A stretch of 38,735 bases of DNA from Mitosporidium daphniae. Taxonomy: Eukaryota. Shown one piece after another: positions 9,801 through 22,299 of the stretch; within the stretch, counting starts at the first letter, position 1, and every line of letters begins with the position of its first letter. A model generated the notes under the pieces. That model did not search any database. It was not told the DNA's origin and was given only the letters and a program-made list of their open reading frames with translations. The stretch covers positions 1 to 38,735 of the forward strand of contig NW_013546401.1 in assembly GCF_000760515.2 (NCBI RefSeq), written 5' to 3'. The translations under genes and the position numbers were made by a program.

Positions 9801-12800
9801 AAGCGAAGGGATACGCTCCATAATTATCTTCACATATCTTTCTCGCTCTTCCTTGGCATTTACGCAAAATATCATTTCAAGCAAAAAGAGGGCATTAAGA
9901 ATCGATCGTAAAGGCTTAGGCAATTCCGAAAACGATGTCGCAAAAGCTTGAGTAGCCATGGGAGGTTCGGCAGACGAGGATGCCTGAGCTGCGTTTGCAG
10001 GCAGTGGGATCATGGACGCAGTTTGTGCTGGAGAGGATTGGAAAATCTCATCAACCAAATGCCATGGCAAGGAGAGTCCAGCTTCTGCAGCAGACATAGC
10101 CAGTTTTAATGCATATGCATCATACTCCAGGCAAGGCATTGATGATACCGATGCTGCCAAAGAGGCACCACCACCATTACACACCGTTGATGAGGGGTTC
10201 ACCGGTGGCGTAAAGGTAGGCTTTGCCATGAGAGAAGAAGAACACAGGGTATACCCTTGGCCAGAAAGGATGATTCGAAAAAGGGTTTCAGAGGTGCCCT
10301 CCCAAACACCAGGCCCAAGGATCGGTATCAAAGGCAAAGGTTGAGCCGCCTGGGCGACGCGAGTCCTTTTTCGCACGTGATGCTGCTTGGACGAAGATGT
10401 TGTTGATACTGGAGAAGGAGTCGTTGCAGATGAGTTGTTAATGGAAAGAGTTATAATGCAATCGATAATTAAGAGCTGGCCACTTTTCATAAGATCAGAA
10501 ATAGGTGATTGTGGCTGCGAAAGTAGCGAGCTTATCACTTCCAATGCCGAGTACCACCACCAACAAGGAGCTTGCCCCATTGCAGCCGTGATCTGCAGGG
10601 GAGATATGGTTTTTATTGGCGATGGGACACCTGCTGTTGAATTTTCTATCTTTGCTGATGAAGGAATCCCCAAAAAGGGAGGAAACCCTGGAGCTTTGTA
10701 TGAAAACGAGGTTGGTATCACGCGAGCTTGATTTGAGCAGGCGGTCATTGAAGCAAGAGCGCTCCAAACAATTCCGTGTTGTTGAGAAAGTGACGCCATA
10801 ACATGCTCGGATCCAGATATTGAGCCAAGGCCTTTTGTCATAGGTGGGCCATAGCCTGCAAGTACATGCAGAATGGCGGAAAGTACGCGTTCGAGCGACA
10901 TTGATAACGCTATTGTCAGGATCTCTATCACTGCAAATAGACGTCGAGAATCAACAATAGTGCTGTTTGAGCCACCAAAATCTAGCAATACACGGAAAGA
11001 AGACTCGAGTTCTCCATTTGCACCTACTTCATTTGGATGAGATGCATAAAGAAGCACCTGAGCCGCAGCGAGATTGTACCGATCCTCGTCACCGTCGGTA
11101 GGAAGTTCCTTGGCAACAGTAGTAATGGTAGTGTGGCACCACTCGTTTAAAGACTCCGAATTGAGACGAACCGACATTTTCGCGATGGCAAAGAGAAGGG
11201 CAGAAGAGCAGAACCCCCGCTTTTCGATGATTTTTACCAATTTTTCTTGTGAAACCTTGTCAAGTTCTTTCAAATCATTGATCCAAGAAACAAGAAAGGC
11301 CTCCCGAGCAGCCCAATTAGGAGGGTCATCACAGGGATCAACGGCATCGATAAGGCTGCAAATAAAGTTAAGATCACACTGTATACGCTGCTCAAGAACC
11401 TGTGGAAATGAATCCACCAATGCAGCTAGTAGAGGTAGCAGCAGAGGTGCATTTTCGTTGCAATGAAGCACACCATCGCTAGAGGACACCTTCGCTATAT
11501 CAGATGCCTTAGGAGCTGTGGCGACCAGCAGGGCGGTACCTGCTTGCCAAAGAACATCTTCGAGTGAAGTGGCAAAGGCATCTCCAAAACGAAGCAGTAT
11601 CCGCTCTCCTCCCTTGCGGGGCTTAACCTTATGTCTTTGGATCATCCGCACAATGAGGGTTGAGACACTCTCTGCAAGCTGCGGGCTCAGAAGCTTGCAT
11701 ACTGAAGAGGATCCGGAAGCGGAGGGATTCTTGCAAGACAATGGATCTTTGTCTTGTTGAAGATGCCCAGAAAGAGTACCTCTTTGTAAAGAAAGAAGCA
11801 TGGAGGCAACGACTTCGGAAAAATTTGCATTGGCCCCTGGGCTGTCCCTCCAGCTTTGATTGTTCTCTCCTAGATCGAGACGACTGGCCAGAAGCTCCCA
11901 AGTTCCTGGAGAAAGCACAATGTCCCGTGCCTCACTGTGCATCGCCATGAGCTCACAAAAAAGCCCAACAATACGATCATCCTTCAGTCGTTCTCCCCCA
12001 ACAATCACTTCAATGGTAACCGAAAGGTGTTTGCAAAGATAGCGCAGTACGGGCCTCCTGAAAGGCGAGGCTCTTGTCCTGCGAACCATTTCTTCAAGTG
12101 AGCACAGAGCGACCAGCGTCTCTTCTAGAAATACTGATGAGGTTGGTGGAAGCAGATGGAAGACATCCAAAATGGCTACGATGATGCCGATTTCTGGCGC
12201 CAAGATTTCTGGAGGCCCAGAAGGAGACGCCGCCTTGGCAGCTTCAGCCCATTGCCTGAGATGCTCTAGCAACTTGCGACCAATTTCGGCTTTAAAATAA
12301 GAAGTGAGAAGCTCAAGTAAGCGGCCGAGACCCTCTAGCCCAGGTATGGTTAACCGCTTATAATCGGAGAGGTTCATCAACACGGGACGAAGACCGTGCT
12401 GCATTAGCTCTTTCGGTAGCTTGTGCTGCATGGCTATGACGAGAGCAAGACCTGTTTTACTTGCGCCCACTATATCAGGATTTCGAGCATAAAGAGACTT
12501 GAAAAAGATGGACACAATTCGATTCCTGAGTGCCAAATGGTTTCCCGGTGCTGAAAAAGTAGGCGAGCCCATGGCTGCCGTAAGGAGCCGGATGCAAGCT
12601 ATGCGAAGCCGGGCCCCGAACGGGCCATTGCTTCCCTTGGCCACTGCTGATGTGACAGAAGGTGAGGAGGCAATCTGTGACCCTGAAGGAGTGGTGGCGC
12701 TCGGTGCAGGCGATGAAGAGGTTGTGTTTGAGGCTGCATGTGCTGGACCTGCACTTGAAGGTGTAGCAAGCGATGCTGAGACCGAATTTACTCCCATTGA

Positions 12801-15800
12801 AATTGAAGATTGATCTTCAATGGTATCAGCCATGCCCACACAATCTGTAACCAAAGCAAGAAAAGATGGGGAAAATTCCAAAAAAGACGGATCTTTTTTC
12901 ATGACAAAAGCTATCGCTTCAATTATTCCGATCTGATGAGAAATAGGAAGCAAAGAGATGTCTCTTCCTTCTGGACCGCCAAGCCACTCTTGCTCAATGA
13001 TTGTAGATCGGATGGGCTCAAGTAGCTTACAAAGAGCCCGACCTGCAGCAGATGATACCACAGGAACGGGTGGGGTAGTTATTCCGGCACTTGGAATAGA
13101 AGGCCGTGCATCTTGTGTGGGGACCGATGAATTGAGTGTTTGCGATGATGTAATCGCAAGCGCTGGCTGCGCAGCGGGAGCTGAAGATACCGGTATATGG
13201 GGTAAAGCACCAAGAGCCCCAGACTTTGCAGCAATAACATCCCCATCCTGCTTTTCAAATTTCTTAGCCAGCTGTTCAAGCATCCCTTGTGCCATGGCCC
13301 TATTTTTTTCCAGAGGAGATGCAAGCTCCTGCGTCAAAACCCCAAGCAACCCTAAACAAGGAGTGTCGTTCCTTTCCTCAATAAGAACAAGCAAAAGGGA
13401 ATCAAGGGCACGCTCGGGCGCTATCTGTAGCGAGCAAATGCCAACCAAATGCTGACTAGCCAACTCAAGGGACTTGAAAAGGGCTTCGGCACAAAAAGTG
13501 AGAGTGGTATCTGCAACTGAAAACCTTTTCTTTTTGGAGAATATTTCGCGTAACAGGTCAGATCCAGAGAGACGGGCATAGATGGACTTTTCTCGGAAAA
13601 GCCCGCATATTCGAAATAGGATGTCCTCGACGCCATGCTGGAACTCCTGTTGAGACAATTGCTTAAAGGCAGGATGATTTTGATAACATGTCCCGCGCAA
13701 AACTCGAAGCAAAAGAGAACACGCACAAATTCTCAGCTGTGGATTTTCAGAACATAAATACTCGTCAAAAAAAATATCAATAATATCGCTACTGCGCTCG
13801 CTATCCCTCATAGCATCGGCAAGCCCCAGTTCGAGGTTTTCTCTGATTTGATGCAAGAACGAGGCCGAAGGGAGATGATGATGATGATGATGATGCTTGT
13901 CGTCCATCTTTTGGAAATCATCGAAAGTTTTATCGAGAATTACGGGGTCATTAACGCAAAAGAAATGCCCGTCCACGGTACTAGTGTGGTCCGACTCGTC
14001 GTGATTAAACCAAGAAAAGTAGGCTAGATATCTGATCTGGATGCCGATCAGCTCTTTAGTATGCCTTAAGCGCTTTTCCTCCAAATAGGAACGAGTGATA
14101 CGAGGAAGATAATGAGCAGGTGATGAGGGAGATGCGCTATCTCGCTTCTTGAACGACTGCTGTGATTCTGGCAGCCACAAGAGCTCATTCCACTGTGAAA
14201 TAAGCCGATGCAAAAAAGCCTGCTCGTGCTGAGCCTCTAAGGGCACCTGCAATGATGAAGAAAGATGCGTCTTGAAATTTAGTTGCCGTATGGGTCTCTT
14301 ATTACGTCCTGCAAGCTTTCCAAGGATCCTAAGCGCAGTATGAGCAAATTGGGAAGGATATGGGAGAGGTCTGCAATGAGCCCAAAGAGCCTCAAGCAAC
14401 TCTGGCATGACACTGGACAAAATGGGATCGAGAAAATCCTGCGTCAAATTATCAATACAAAGCTCCAGAGTCCGCAAGCCTTGAGACAGCAATTCAGGCG
14501 TCATAAACGTTGAAGACGATGAGGAAGATGAGGAGGAGGATGACGAGCCACTCGAGATGTTAGACGTAGGTGCTGACGCTTGTGAGGCGGCAGATGTTGC
14601 TGATAATGGTAGAGTAAAGCCGCCTTGATTCTGTGACGCCGTACCAGAGGCGGATGGCATCATAATCATCATTGACATTGAAGGTGAGCTTATAACTTTT
14701 AACGAATACACAAGTGGCTTCATCAAAAGTGAAAGATATGGAAGCAGCACAGAAAGACGCACAGGAATGGTAAGCGCCAGCTCGACAACCAAATCCTTCA
14801 GCAAATCCGTGGGTTGTGGGTATGAAGGCGTTAGCGGTGTGTTTGATTCATGGCTACCTCTGGAAAATGTCTGAAGAATCTCAATGGAGTGAAGCAGGGC
14901 ATTGAGTGTCTCAAGAATTGTTGGCAGAATAGGAAGAATTTCACGATAAAGAATTTCAAAGCGGCCACCCCCAATGGCTCGAAAAAGAGTTCTAAGAAGC
15001 AAAAGGGCATGAAAAGGCTCCTGTGACACTTTGGAAGAACCGCAACGTAAACACGAAAGGATCAGTTCAGGAAGAAAAGCTGCCCAAACACCCTCGATTT
15101 CTTCTGGATAAGCCCCCAAAGCCATCAACATTAATTTCATTATACGCTGCAGACGGGCTGCACTATCAATATTCATCACTTGGGATAGCTCATTGCCGCC
15201 GAAAAGATTCTTGGAAAGCCATCGAAGCAAATGAAGAAGTGTGATTTTGGCAACCTCCGGCCCTCCAGGTCCAACCAAAAAAACTTGAAGAAGTGCGGAG
15301 AGTGCAGGCACAGATGTAATTGCATTGTATATGTTTGGGCAGTTGGAGGAAATGATGTCCGAAAAAACAGAAACCTCCAGCAAAATGAAAATCTGCGCAA
15401 TCTGCTCCACCATGTCCTTTTCCTCTTGTGCGAGCTGGCTTTGCAAAAGAGACGCATCATATGCCAATCCTTTGGCAAAAAAATTGATCGTCTCACACGA
15501 AAGCGAAGAGGAAAGACCAGAAGAAGGCTCTTGGATGCATTTTTGATCGGACGCACAAAGACGCACCAATGTGGCTACAAGATCCCCAAAAAGACGGACA
15601 AACCAAATCGACTCCTCATGAAGGATACCTCGAACCGAAAAGATTGCGGAAGACAAGGGGGCAGGTGATGGTTGAAGCGAGCGAAAGGCGAAAAAGATCA
15701 CTTTAAGGCCTGTAACTAGTGCACGAAACAGAATTCTAAAATTTTCTATGCCAGTTTCTTCAGAACCGAAAACAGGCGTTTCCGAAAGCATATGAATGGC

Positions 15801-17351
15801 CCTACAGTACGAGTAAAATATTCTCCAATAGGCCTCTTTCCTATTGGCCATTGTAAGTTGCGGGTGGGAAGCAAGAGGAAGCCCGACCACAAAGTGTTCC
15901 GCAATCGTACTTAGCAGCCTAGCCGCCACGGCCCTGACGCCAAAAGAAAGACCGGAGCGGTTATGCTCGGACTCTAGCAAGCTTACAAATGCCGGTATCA
16001 AAGTCCAATTGAAAAGAGAAACCGGGATTTCCGTTCTAAAATGGACTATAAAATCAGCAAATGTGGTAATAATAATCGGTCGCAACGTACGCGCCGCTGT
16101 TGATTGCAGAGAAGATGAACAAACGCCCTCCTCGTCGATGGAAAAATTGAACAAATGACATTTTGATGGGTCAAGAAATTCGCCCACTTTTGCTCCAAGA
16201 TGGGGCCTAACATCCTGCGTTAGCATTAAATGGCGAAGAGCAATCAGCACTTCCCTTCTTAGCCCATATGAATCTTCTGGAATGATTCCAGAAAGGCTCA
16301 TCAGTAATTTTGGAAAAAATGGTGCAAATGACTTCATGGATATTGGAATGGCCCTGGCCATAAACGTTAGCAGGGACAAAATCTTTCATTAACGAAATAA
16401 AAGTACCTTAACGTGGATAGAAATTACCTCTAAAGGTAAGCTACTATCATCCAAAGTAGTCAACTGTCGATCCAACAGTGTGGTACGCGAAAATTCGACA
16501 AATTGCATCATTAAAGGACCGTTAACAAACAAGTCGGCCATGGGTTTCTTGTAAATCTGGAACAGCACCACGATGATCAGCGGACATTCGGTGGCAACTT
16601 TTAAAGAATTTGATGCCGATGGTTGGTGAGATGGAATGCAATGCGAAGCGCTAGAAGATCCCATTGAATGCGAATGTATCCAACTAAATAGATCCTTTAC
16701 AAATGAAAGGAAGAAAGAAATCAACTGCGACAAAGTAACCGAACTAGGCGCTGCGGATGGTGGAATCTGTGCCTGCGGTACCGGTGTCGTCTCCAGCTCA
16801 TGCTGCACCTTGGAGAAAAGGGTCTTGTGCCAATCAACAAAGATCTTTAATATGGATAGCCCGGTGCGCTCACTACAACCGGGGCTAGAGAGCCATGTTA
16901 GAAGCAGAGAGATGATAGTTTTTGGCTCCAGCACTTCAGTCCGACGCAATGCTGAAAGAAGACGAAGTGCATCGAAAACATTGTCGTCCCTGTGAGAAGA
17001 AGAGAAGGGGGAGCAAAATGAAGAGGCGCTTGTTGAGGGTGTTTCTGTATTTTGTGCCAAAGACAATTCCAAGACATTTTTCATTAACACCGCTTTAATT
17101 AATTGCGAAGCCTTTTGCATTAAGGGGTCAAAAACGCAGCAGGAAGATGGAATGATAAGGAAATATTCATCTACAAGCACATTTATCGATTCTACGGCAA
17201 TTATGACAAAAATGGTACCGGAAAATTTGGCATGATCTAGGTTTGCTTCGACTTGCTCTGCTAAGGACTCAAGAAGCGATGCAAGCTTGTTTTGATGCTG
17301 CTGATAGTACAATGAGGATGCCGAGAATTTGCTAATTTCCTCATTGAGCAT
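3858..17351 (-). CDS. TRA1: Transcription-associated PIKK pseudokinase Tra1/TRRAP (SAGA/NuA4), ~4480 aa; intron 16383-16406 and probable in-frame intron 17192-17218
   Basis: SLKVATECPLIIVVLFQ, LLLRTLFRAIGGGRFEILYREILP, LVVELALTIPVRLSVLLPYLSLLMKPLV, QGLRTLELCIDNLT, ALRILGKLAGRN, LRPVLMNLSDYKRL, FAT motif IYTLPNIEIQDAF, pseudokinase DYWLYRKSF..VFRMGP and FATC end DPRWHPEF. A 24-nt intron joins HVK|ILSLLTF. Confidence 0.95.
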
Positions 17352-17519
17352 TATTTGAAATTAAATTTTAATTTTAATTGTTCAAGTCTTCCATGAAAGA
17401 TAAGGGCCCCCATTGCACACGGGTGTTATCGAAGCAAAATGTTATTATTGTTCATCAGCAACATGCACAAAGTGCAATTATTTAAAAATTTATTTAAAAA
17501 GGCCTTATTTTTGTCGTTG

Positions 17520-18524
17520 TTATTTGTAAGCATCTTTGAAAAGCCGGGAGGCAATGGAAATTGATATGTCCCGATCAAGGAGACAAGGCACCTCGAAATC
17601 CGAGCTGATTTGCAGACAATTTTGAATGGAAGTCTCTGAAATGGAAATGGAATGGGTATCCAAAATCAGTATGCAGTTACGAACCCTGGACAATAAAAGA
17701 CGATCATCGACAGAAAGGTTCTAAATGTTAAACGCAAAGAGCAAATACCCTGTTGGCAAGAGCATACGGATTGCCATCGACGACGTTTGCCGTGTTCAGC
17801 CTGGCCTGTGTGTCCTCTGGTAAACCGATCCAAATGAACCCGTTAATTCCTATTATTAAATCGACGCCACAGGCGAGGGAAACAAAATGGAATTTTGATC
17901 TCTGGATATTCCGTGGATTTACGGCGACGAAAATGCCATTGCAAAGCTGCAAAAATAGTTACATAAGCACAAAGGGGTACCTTTCCATATTTAACACTTC
18001 TAGTGTGAATGGAGACCGAGCCATCCGCATGAATAGCCTGCACTTCGGCGGAAATCAAATCGCCCTCGACGAAGAACTGACGAATCAGCAACTCGTCTTC
18101 TTCTAATTTTCTTCTCTGAATGCCGCCGGGAAGATAAATTGCCGATAGCTGCAGGGTAGCCGGTTGTTGGCCATTTAAATCGATGGCCCACTTTCGTTGA
18201 CAAACCCTGATGACTCGGCCAACGATGACATCCCCGATTTCGCCAAGGTATCTTTGGAATTTACAAAAGCTTAAAGTACCTTGCCTTTGGAGGGATAACT
18301 CGTATAAGTTTGTTGATGTACTCGACATTTCCAGCAACCGTAGACAAGATGGATGAATTTGAACTGTCGAGAATGGTACCGTTTCCACAAATAAACGACT
18401 CTATGTCGTTTGTGATAAGATCTCCGGGCGTGTAAAACGAAGAAGACGAGATGGGAGGCTTCCGATCGTGTATAAGCTTATTGCTGCCATGCACCAAAAG
18501 CTCGTGTATCCAATTTGAGGCCAT
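17520..18524 (-). CDS. RRP4: Exosome cap subunit Rrp4 (S1/KH); introns 18252-18279, 17947-17980, 17721-17748
   Basis: Spliced product has TPGDLIT..FICGNGT, RYLGEIGDVIVGRV, LPGGIQRRK, GDLISAEVQ, IHTRSVKYGKLCNG, IIGINGFIWI, LSRVRNCI. Confidence 0.93.
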
Positions 18525-18577
18525 GGGGATGTATAAATAATTAAAATCCGGTCCGATAAATTATTTAAGGGAATAAA

Positions 18578-18654
18578 AATTTGCATGTACCCTAAAACGG
18601 ATATCCATGCACCTTAAAGCAGATATCCATGCACCTTAAAGCAGATATCCATGC
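18578..18654. repeat. 22-bp tandem repeat upstream of RRP4 (2.5 perfect copies plus 1 degenerate copy)
   Basis: gatatccatgcaccttaaagca at 18600-18621 and 18622-18643, partial copy 18644-18654, degenerate copy 18578-18599. Confidence 0.9.
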
Positions 18655-18843
18655 CGCCCCGCCAAGCGGACAAATAATTTGTTTTCAACAATCAAGCGAA
18701 GCATACAAGCTATTATTGGCGGCGTAAAATTTGCAATTGCATATTTAATTAAACCTTGCGCCGCTCTGCATTAAAAATCACATATCTGTTGCGGATACAC
18801 GCTGCTTAAATGGTCTGAAGCTTGGAAAATTATATACATCAGT

Positions 18844-19432
18844 TTAGTTATGTTCAGCGGGTTGTTCAGAATTTTGCGGGCTTTCGTTTGGAGGCTCGAG
18901 CGCAACACTGGCTCCGTTAGACGGATCGGGCAACATTTGGCACTCATCATCTGCATCAAACCAGGATTGTTCGACGGTTTCTTTAACGCGCTTCACGTAT
19001 TCTTGGCGGTTTTCCATGTAAAGTTGGGCCGCGTGTGCGTTAGCAGGGCTGTTTGGATTTGGATCGTGCAAAAGCGACTGGATACTTGTCAGTATTGAGG
19101 AAACATCATAGCTGGGGCTCCAGCGATTCTGAAGAATGTCCAGGCATAGCTGGCCATCGGGATAAACATTTGGATGGAACATCTTGGAGATAAATTGTAC
19201 CGATGGCGGCTTGTTGGGATAGCTTTCGTCGAACCGGAGGACCAGGCGAAACGTTCCATCCTCAAATGGGGTATCCTCGGGGCTAAAATGAGCGCAAGAT
19301 GCAATACCCGAATATTACGGCCTGCCAAAGCATGATGTTGTCCGAAAGCGGCGATCCCGCAACTCCTGGCGGCGGGTCTTGCTGAATGCATCGGAAATCT
19401 CGCATCAAACGGCGACGGCAGGGAGTTGACAT
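18844..19432 (-). CDS. RAD6: Ubiquitin-conjugating enzyme E2 Rad6/Ubc2; intron 19283-19307
   Basis: [13 protein letters not shown]..., [57 protein letters not shown] followed by an acidic tail. Confidence 0.96.
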
Positions 19433-19510
19433 TATTAATATTTGCTTGCAGGTTTTGAATTTAAATTCCATCGATAAACTTGTAAAATGTTGCTTTTAAT
19501 TTGTATTTTC

Positions 19511-20662
19511 ATGACCATCCCTTCAAAGTCAGATTCATCGTTGCCGACATCTGCTTTTGCCTCGTCCTCTTGTTCTTCTTCGTCTTCTGAAAAGGAAATA
19601 CGCATATCAAACGTTCAGGACGTACAGTATCCTTTTTGGATCCACTTTTTCTCGGGCGGCATCGCTGGATCCGTCAGTGCTGTGATAACGTGCCCACTTG
19701 AGCTAGTCAAGACTAGGTTCCAAAGCTCGCAATATTACACCGAAAATGTAAAATGGAGCTTCCGGAAAAATCTATTTCGAGCCACCTTTGGCCACGTGTC
19801 TACCACCCTGGGAGCGCTTCGGTATTTTGCTATTTTCATTTCTAGATTGATTTATTTAAACGAGGGCTTTTTCTCCTTGTGGAAAGGCGTTGGCGCCACA
19901 TTGGTCGGTGTCATGCCTTCAAGGGCAATCTATTTTTCTTCCTATCAAACGTGTAAAACTCATTTTAGTCAATTTTTCTCCAACGGCATAGAAAGTGCCC
20001 CAATTCACATCGTATCTGCCATTTCAGCAGGTATGCATGTTTCATTCTCATTTTCAATGCTAGGAATCGTTACCACCACAGCAACAAATCCAATTTGGTT
20101 GGTTAAAACTAGAATCCAGCTTCAGTCGACCCCAAAGATTTATAAAAATTCTTTTGATTGTCTCAGAAAAATCGTTCGTAACGAGGGTCCGTTGGCGCTG
20201 TATCAAGGAATGACAGCATCCTATTTGGGGTGCGTCGAGGGGGCGATTCAATGGGTCCTTTATGAAAAGCTAAAGGCTTTTTTTAAAGAAAAATCAAAAG
20301 CATCTTCCGAAAGCGGTTCCGGAAAGGCAGCCTTTTTTGCGGCAGCAATTTCTAAAGTCGTAGCGTGTTCCCTGACGTATCCCCATGAGGTTTTACGAAC
20401 TCGACTGCGCCAAGGGGTGGTTGGAACGCCAACTCAAATTAAGGCTCCATATAAAGGCTTGGTGTCCACTATTCGAAGGATTTACACCGAAGAGGGAATA
20501 GCACCATTTTATGGCGGCATGACTGCCCATCTCCTTAGAGTCGTTCCCAACGCGGCAATTATGTTCCTTTGTTATGAGCTTCTTGTTAGCTCAATATCTT
20601 ACAAATATGGCTGTAAAGAAAATTTTGCTTCCTCGGAAAAGGAAGAACTAAAGGCAGTATAA
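19511..20662 (+). CDS. RIM2: Mitochondrial pyrimidine nucleotide carrier (Rim2/SLC25A33/36); probable in-frame introns 19822-19845 and 20031-20063
   Basis: Three carrier signatures (CPLELVKTRFQ, NPIWLVKTRIQ, YPHEVLRTRLR) plus Rim2-type GVMPSRAIYF, GMTASYLG and HLLRVVPNAAIMF. An alternative ATG lies at 19487. Confidence 0.9.
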   Translation: MTIPSKSDSSLPTSAFASSSCSSSSSEKEIRISNVQDVQYPFWIHFFSGGIAGSVSAVITCPLELVKTRFQSSQYYTENVKWSFRKNLFRATFGHVSTTLGALRYFAIFISRLIYLNEGFFSLWKGVGATLVGVMPSRAIYFSSYQTCKTHFSQFFSNGIESAPIHIVSAISAGMHVSFSFSMLGIVTTTATNPIWLVKTRIQLQSTPKIYKNSFDCLRKIVRNEGPLALYQGMTASYLGCVEGAIQWVLYEKLKAFFKEKSKASSESGSGKAAFFAAAISKVVACSLTYPHEVLRTRLRQGVVGTPTQIKAPYKGLVSTIRRIYTEEGIAPFYGGMTAHLLRVVPNAAIMFLCYELLVSSISYKYGCKENFASSEKEELKAV

Positions 20663-20751
20663 GTATAAAGCGCCACGGCAGCGACCGTGGGAGGTTGTAA
20701 ACGTAATAATTTAACAAATAAATTTATTGTAATTCTTCAAGCTCCATTTTG

Positions 20752-22299
20752 TCAGCACACAAAGCTTTGTATTTCAGCCTCCAAAGACCTTTTGGAAATG
20801 CTTGAAGAAAGTGCTCTTACAACGTCTTTGGAAGATATACAAGGGGCTGATTGTACAATGGTTTCCTTTGGCTCTACAATGGTTTCCTCTGGCTCTACAA
20901 TGGTTTCCTCGACTTGGCCAGCGTATATCGTTCCAAGTTCATTGTTCTCAAAAACAATGGATGAGCAAAACCCATCCGTCGATGAAATAACGAGAACAAT
21001 GGAGTCATCTTTGCATATCTTGGTCCAGCAAAGATCGGTGATCGCGGCAAAATGCATGCCATTCAACACAACCAACGGAGAAGCCCGATCGGTGCGGTAT
21101 ATAATAACGGAATCTTGCGTTCCAACTGCAAATACCATTGCATATGGTAGAGATATCAACGACGTTCCGCCGATCAGCTGAAACAAACTTGGATGGAATC
21201 GAACAACAACCGGCGCCTTATCAAATGGCCCCAGAACAATAGAAGGCATAGCCTGAGCAGTGCTTGAAGGTTACAAATCCGATATGGTGTTACGTTAATA
21301 AACTAGCGCGGGAGTACAAAAATAGACACAAGTGTTGCCGCCTAGCAAAGGGAGACGTCGCATCTGCAATGATGCCGCATGGGGTGGCCAAAATAGACCC
21401 ATCTGGGCTAAACGAAAGCCTTCGGAAAAATGTGACCAACGTTTCATCGTTGAACAGTTTTGCATAAGTGGGTTTGCCTGAAACTTCGGCGCATTGATTA
21501 GAGGGCACACGAGATAGAATGTGTATGCATTTGGTTGAGAATTTCTTATGATTTTCATAGGAATAAACCTTTACGGATCTCAAAATTACGAGAAACATCC
21601 GGTACCTGTCGCTGCTTTGGGTTGCAAAAAGAAATCCAAGCGGATCTAAGCTAATGCCTTGCACAAAATGAGAATGATCGCGAAGTATCCTTGTTATTTT
21701 TCCTAACGGATAGCAAGCGTGTGCATTACCTGTAGAGTAGCACCAAATTACGGTATTGTTGTTGGTCAGGGCCAGGATGATAAAACTGCCGCAAGGGGAC
21801 CACTTTAGATCGTAGATGTCTTCAGAGTCAGCAATCCTTCAATTAATGCAAAGACAAACCTGCAAATGACGATAGGATTCCACGTCTCTTGGTTTTCCGA
21901 GCCATTCTGATCAGACGCATCTGTCGAGGCCATGCCAAGTTCAGCATTTGGAGATCGCGCCTGAAGTGACCAAAGGATCAAAAGAGCGCCTAGAAATAGC
22001 CAAAAAATCGATACCATCACCGGCAGAGGCAAGAATGGTTTCTACAAATTAGCAAACACAAGTGGGAAACCTTTTGGGTGAAAAGATATCGAGTTTACTG
22101 CCTTTGTGTGTTTGTGCAGCGAACTGAGATGAACAATTTGATATGAATCTGAGAACGTCCAGACCTACATATTATGAGCCGATGTTACTCTGATAGAGTT
22201 GTCAGCACCTGCAGAGGCAAATCTGAACACAGAATCACTGCATAGTGCATAGATGGGCTGTTTTTCATGCCAATACACCTCAAGCAGTTTGGCTTTCAT
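20752..22299 (-). CDS. CAC2: Chromatin assembly factor 1 subunit B (Cac2/p60), WD40, multi-exon
   Basis: Start MKAKLLEVYWHEKQPIY; FASAGADNSIR|VW, HTKAVN, EDIYDLKWSP, DHSHFVQG, TQSSDR|SVKVY, LFNDETLVTFFRRLSFSPDGSILATPCG, MVFAVGTQDSV, MHFAAITDLCW, SSTDGFCS. Confidence 0.9.
20854..20910 (-). repeat. 21-bp coding tandem repeat (ETIVEPE/K, ~2.7 copies) in the Cac2 C-terminal tail
   Basis: tacaatggtttcctttggctc tacaatggtttcctctggctc tacaatggtttcctc (+ strand). Confidence 0.85.

Noticed and set aside
3858..16379. Intein or mobile element explaining the excess length of Tra1
   Set aside because: I see no intein terminal motifs, LAGLIDADG, RT or transposase signatures. The extra length is dispersed low-complexity sequence.
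3865..16389. Dozens of short antisense or alternate-frame ORFs within TRA1
   Set aside because: These are expected shadows of a long, relatively GC-rich coding exon and carry no recognisable motifs.
18578..18654. 22-bp repeats as a CRISPR array
   Set aside because: The copies are directly adjacent with no spacers, there are no cas genes, and the context is eukaryotic.
20687..21181. 164-aa plus-strand ORF with TMVSSGS repeats
   Set aside because: It is the antisense mirror of the last CAC2 exon and its 21-bp repeat.
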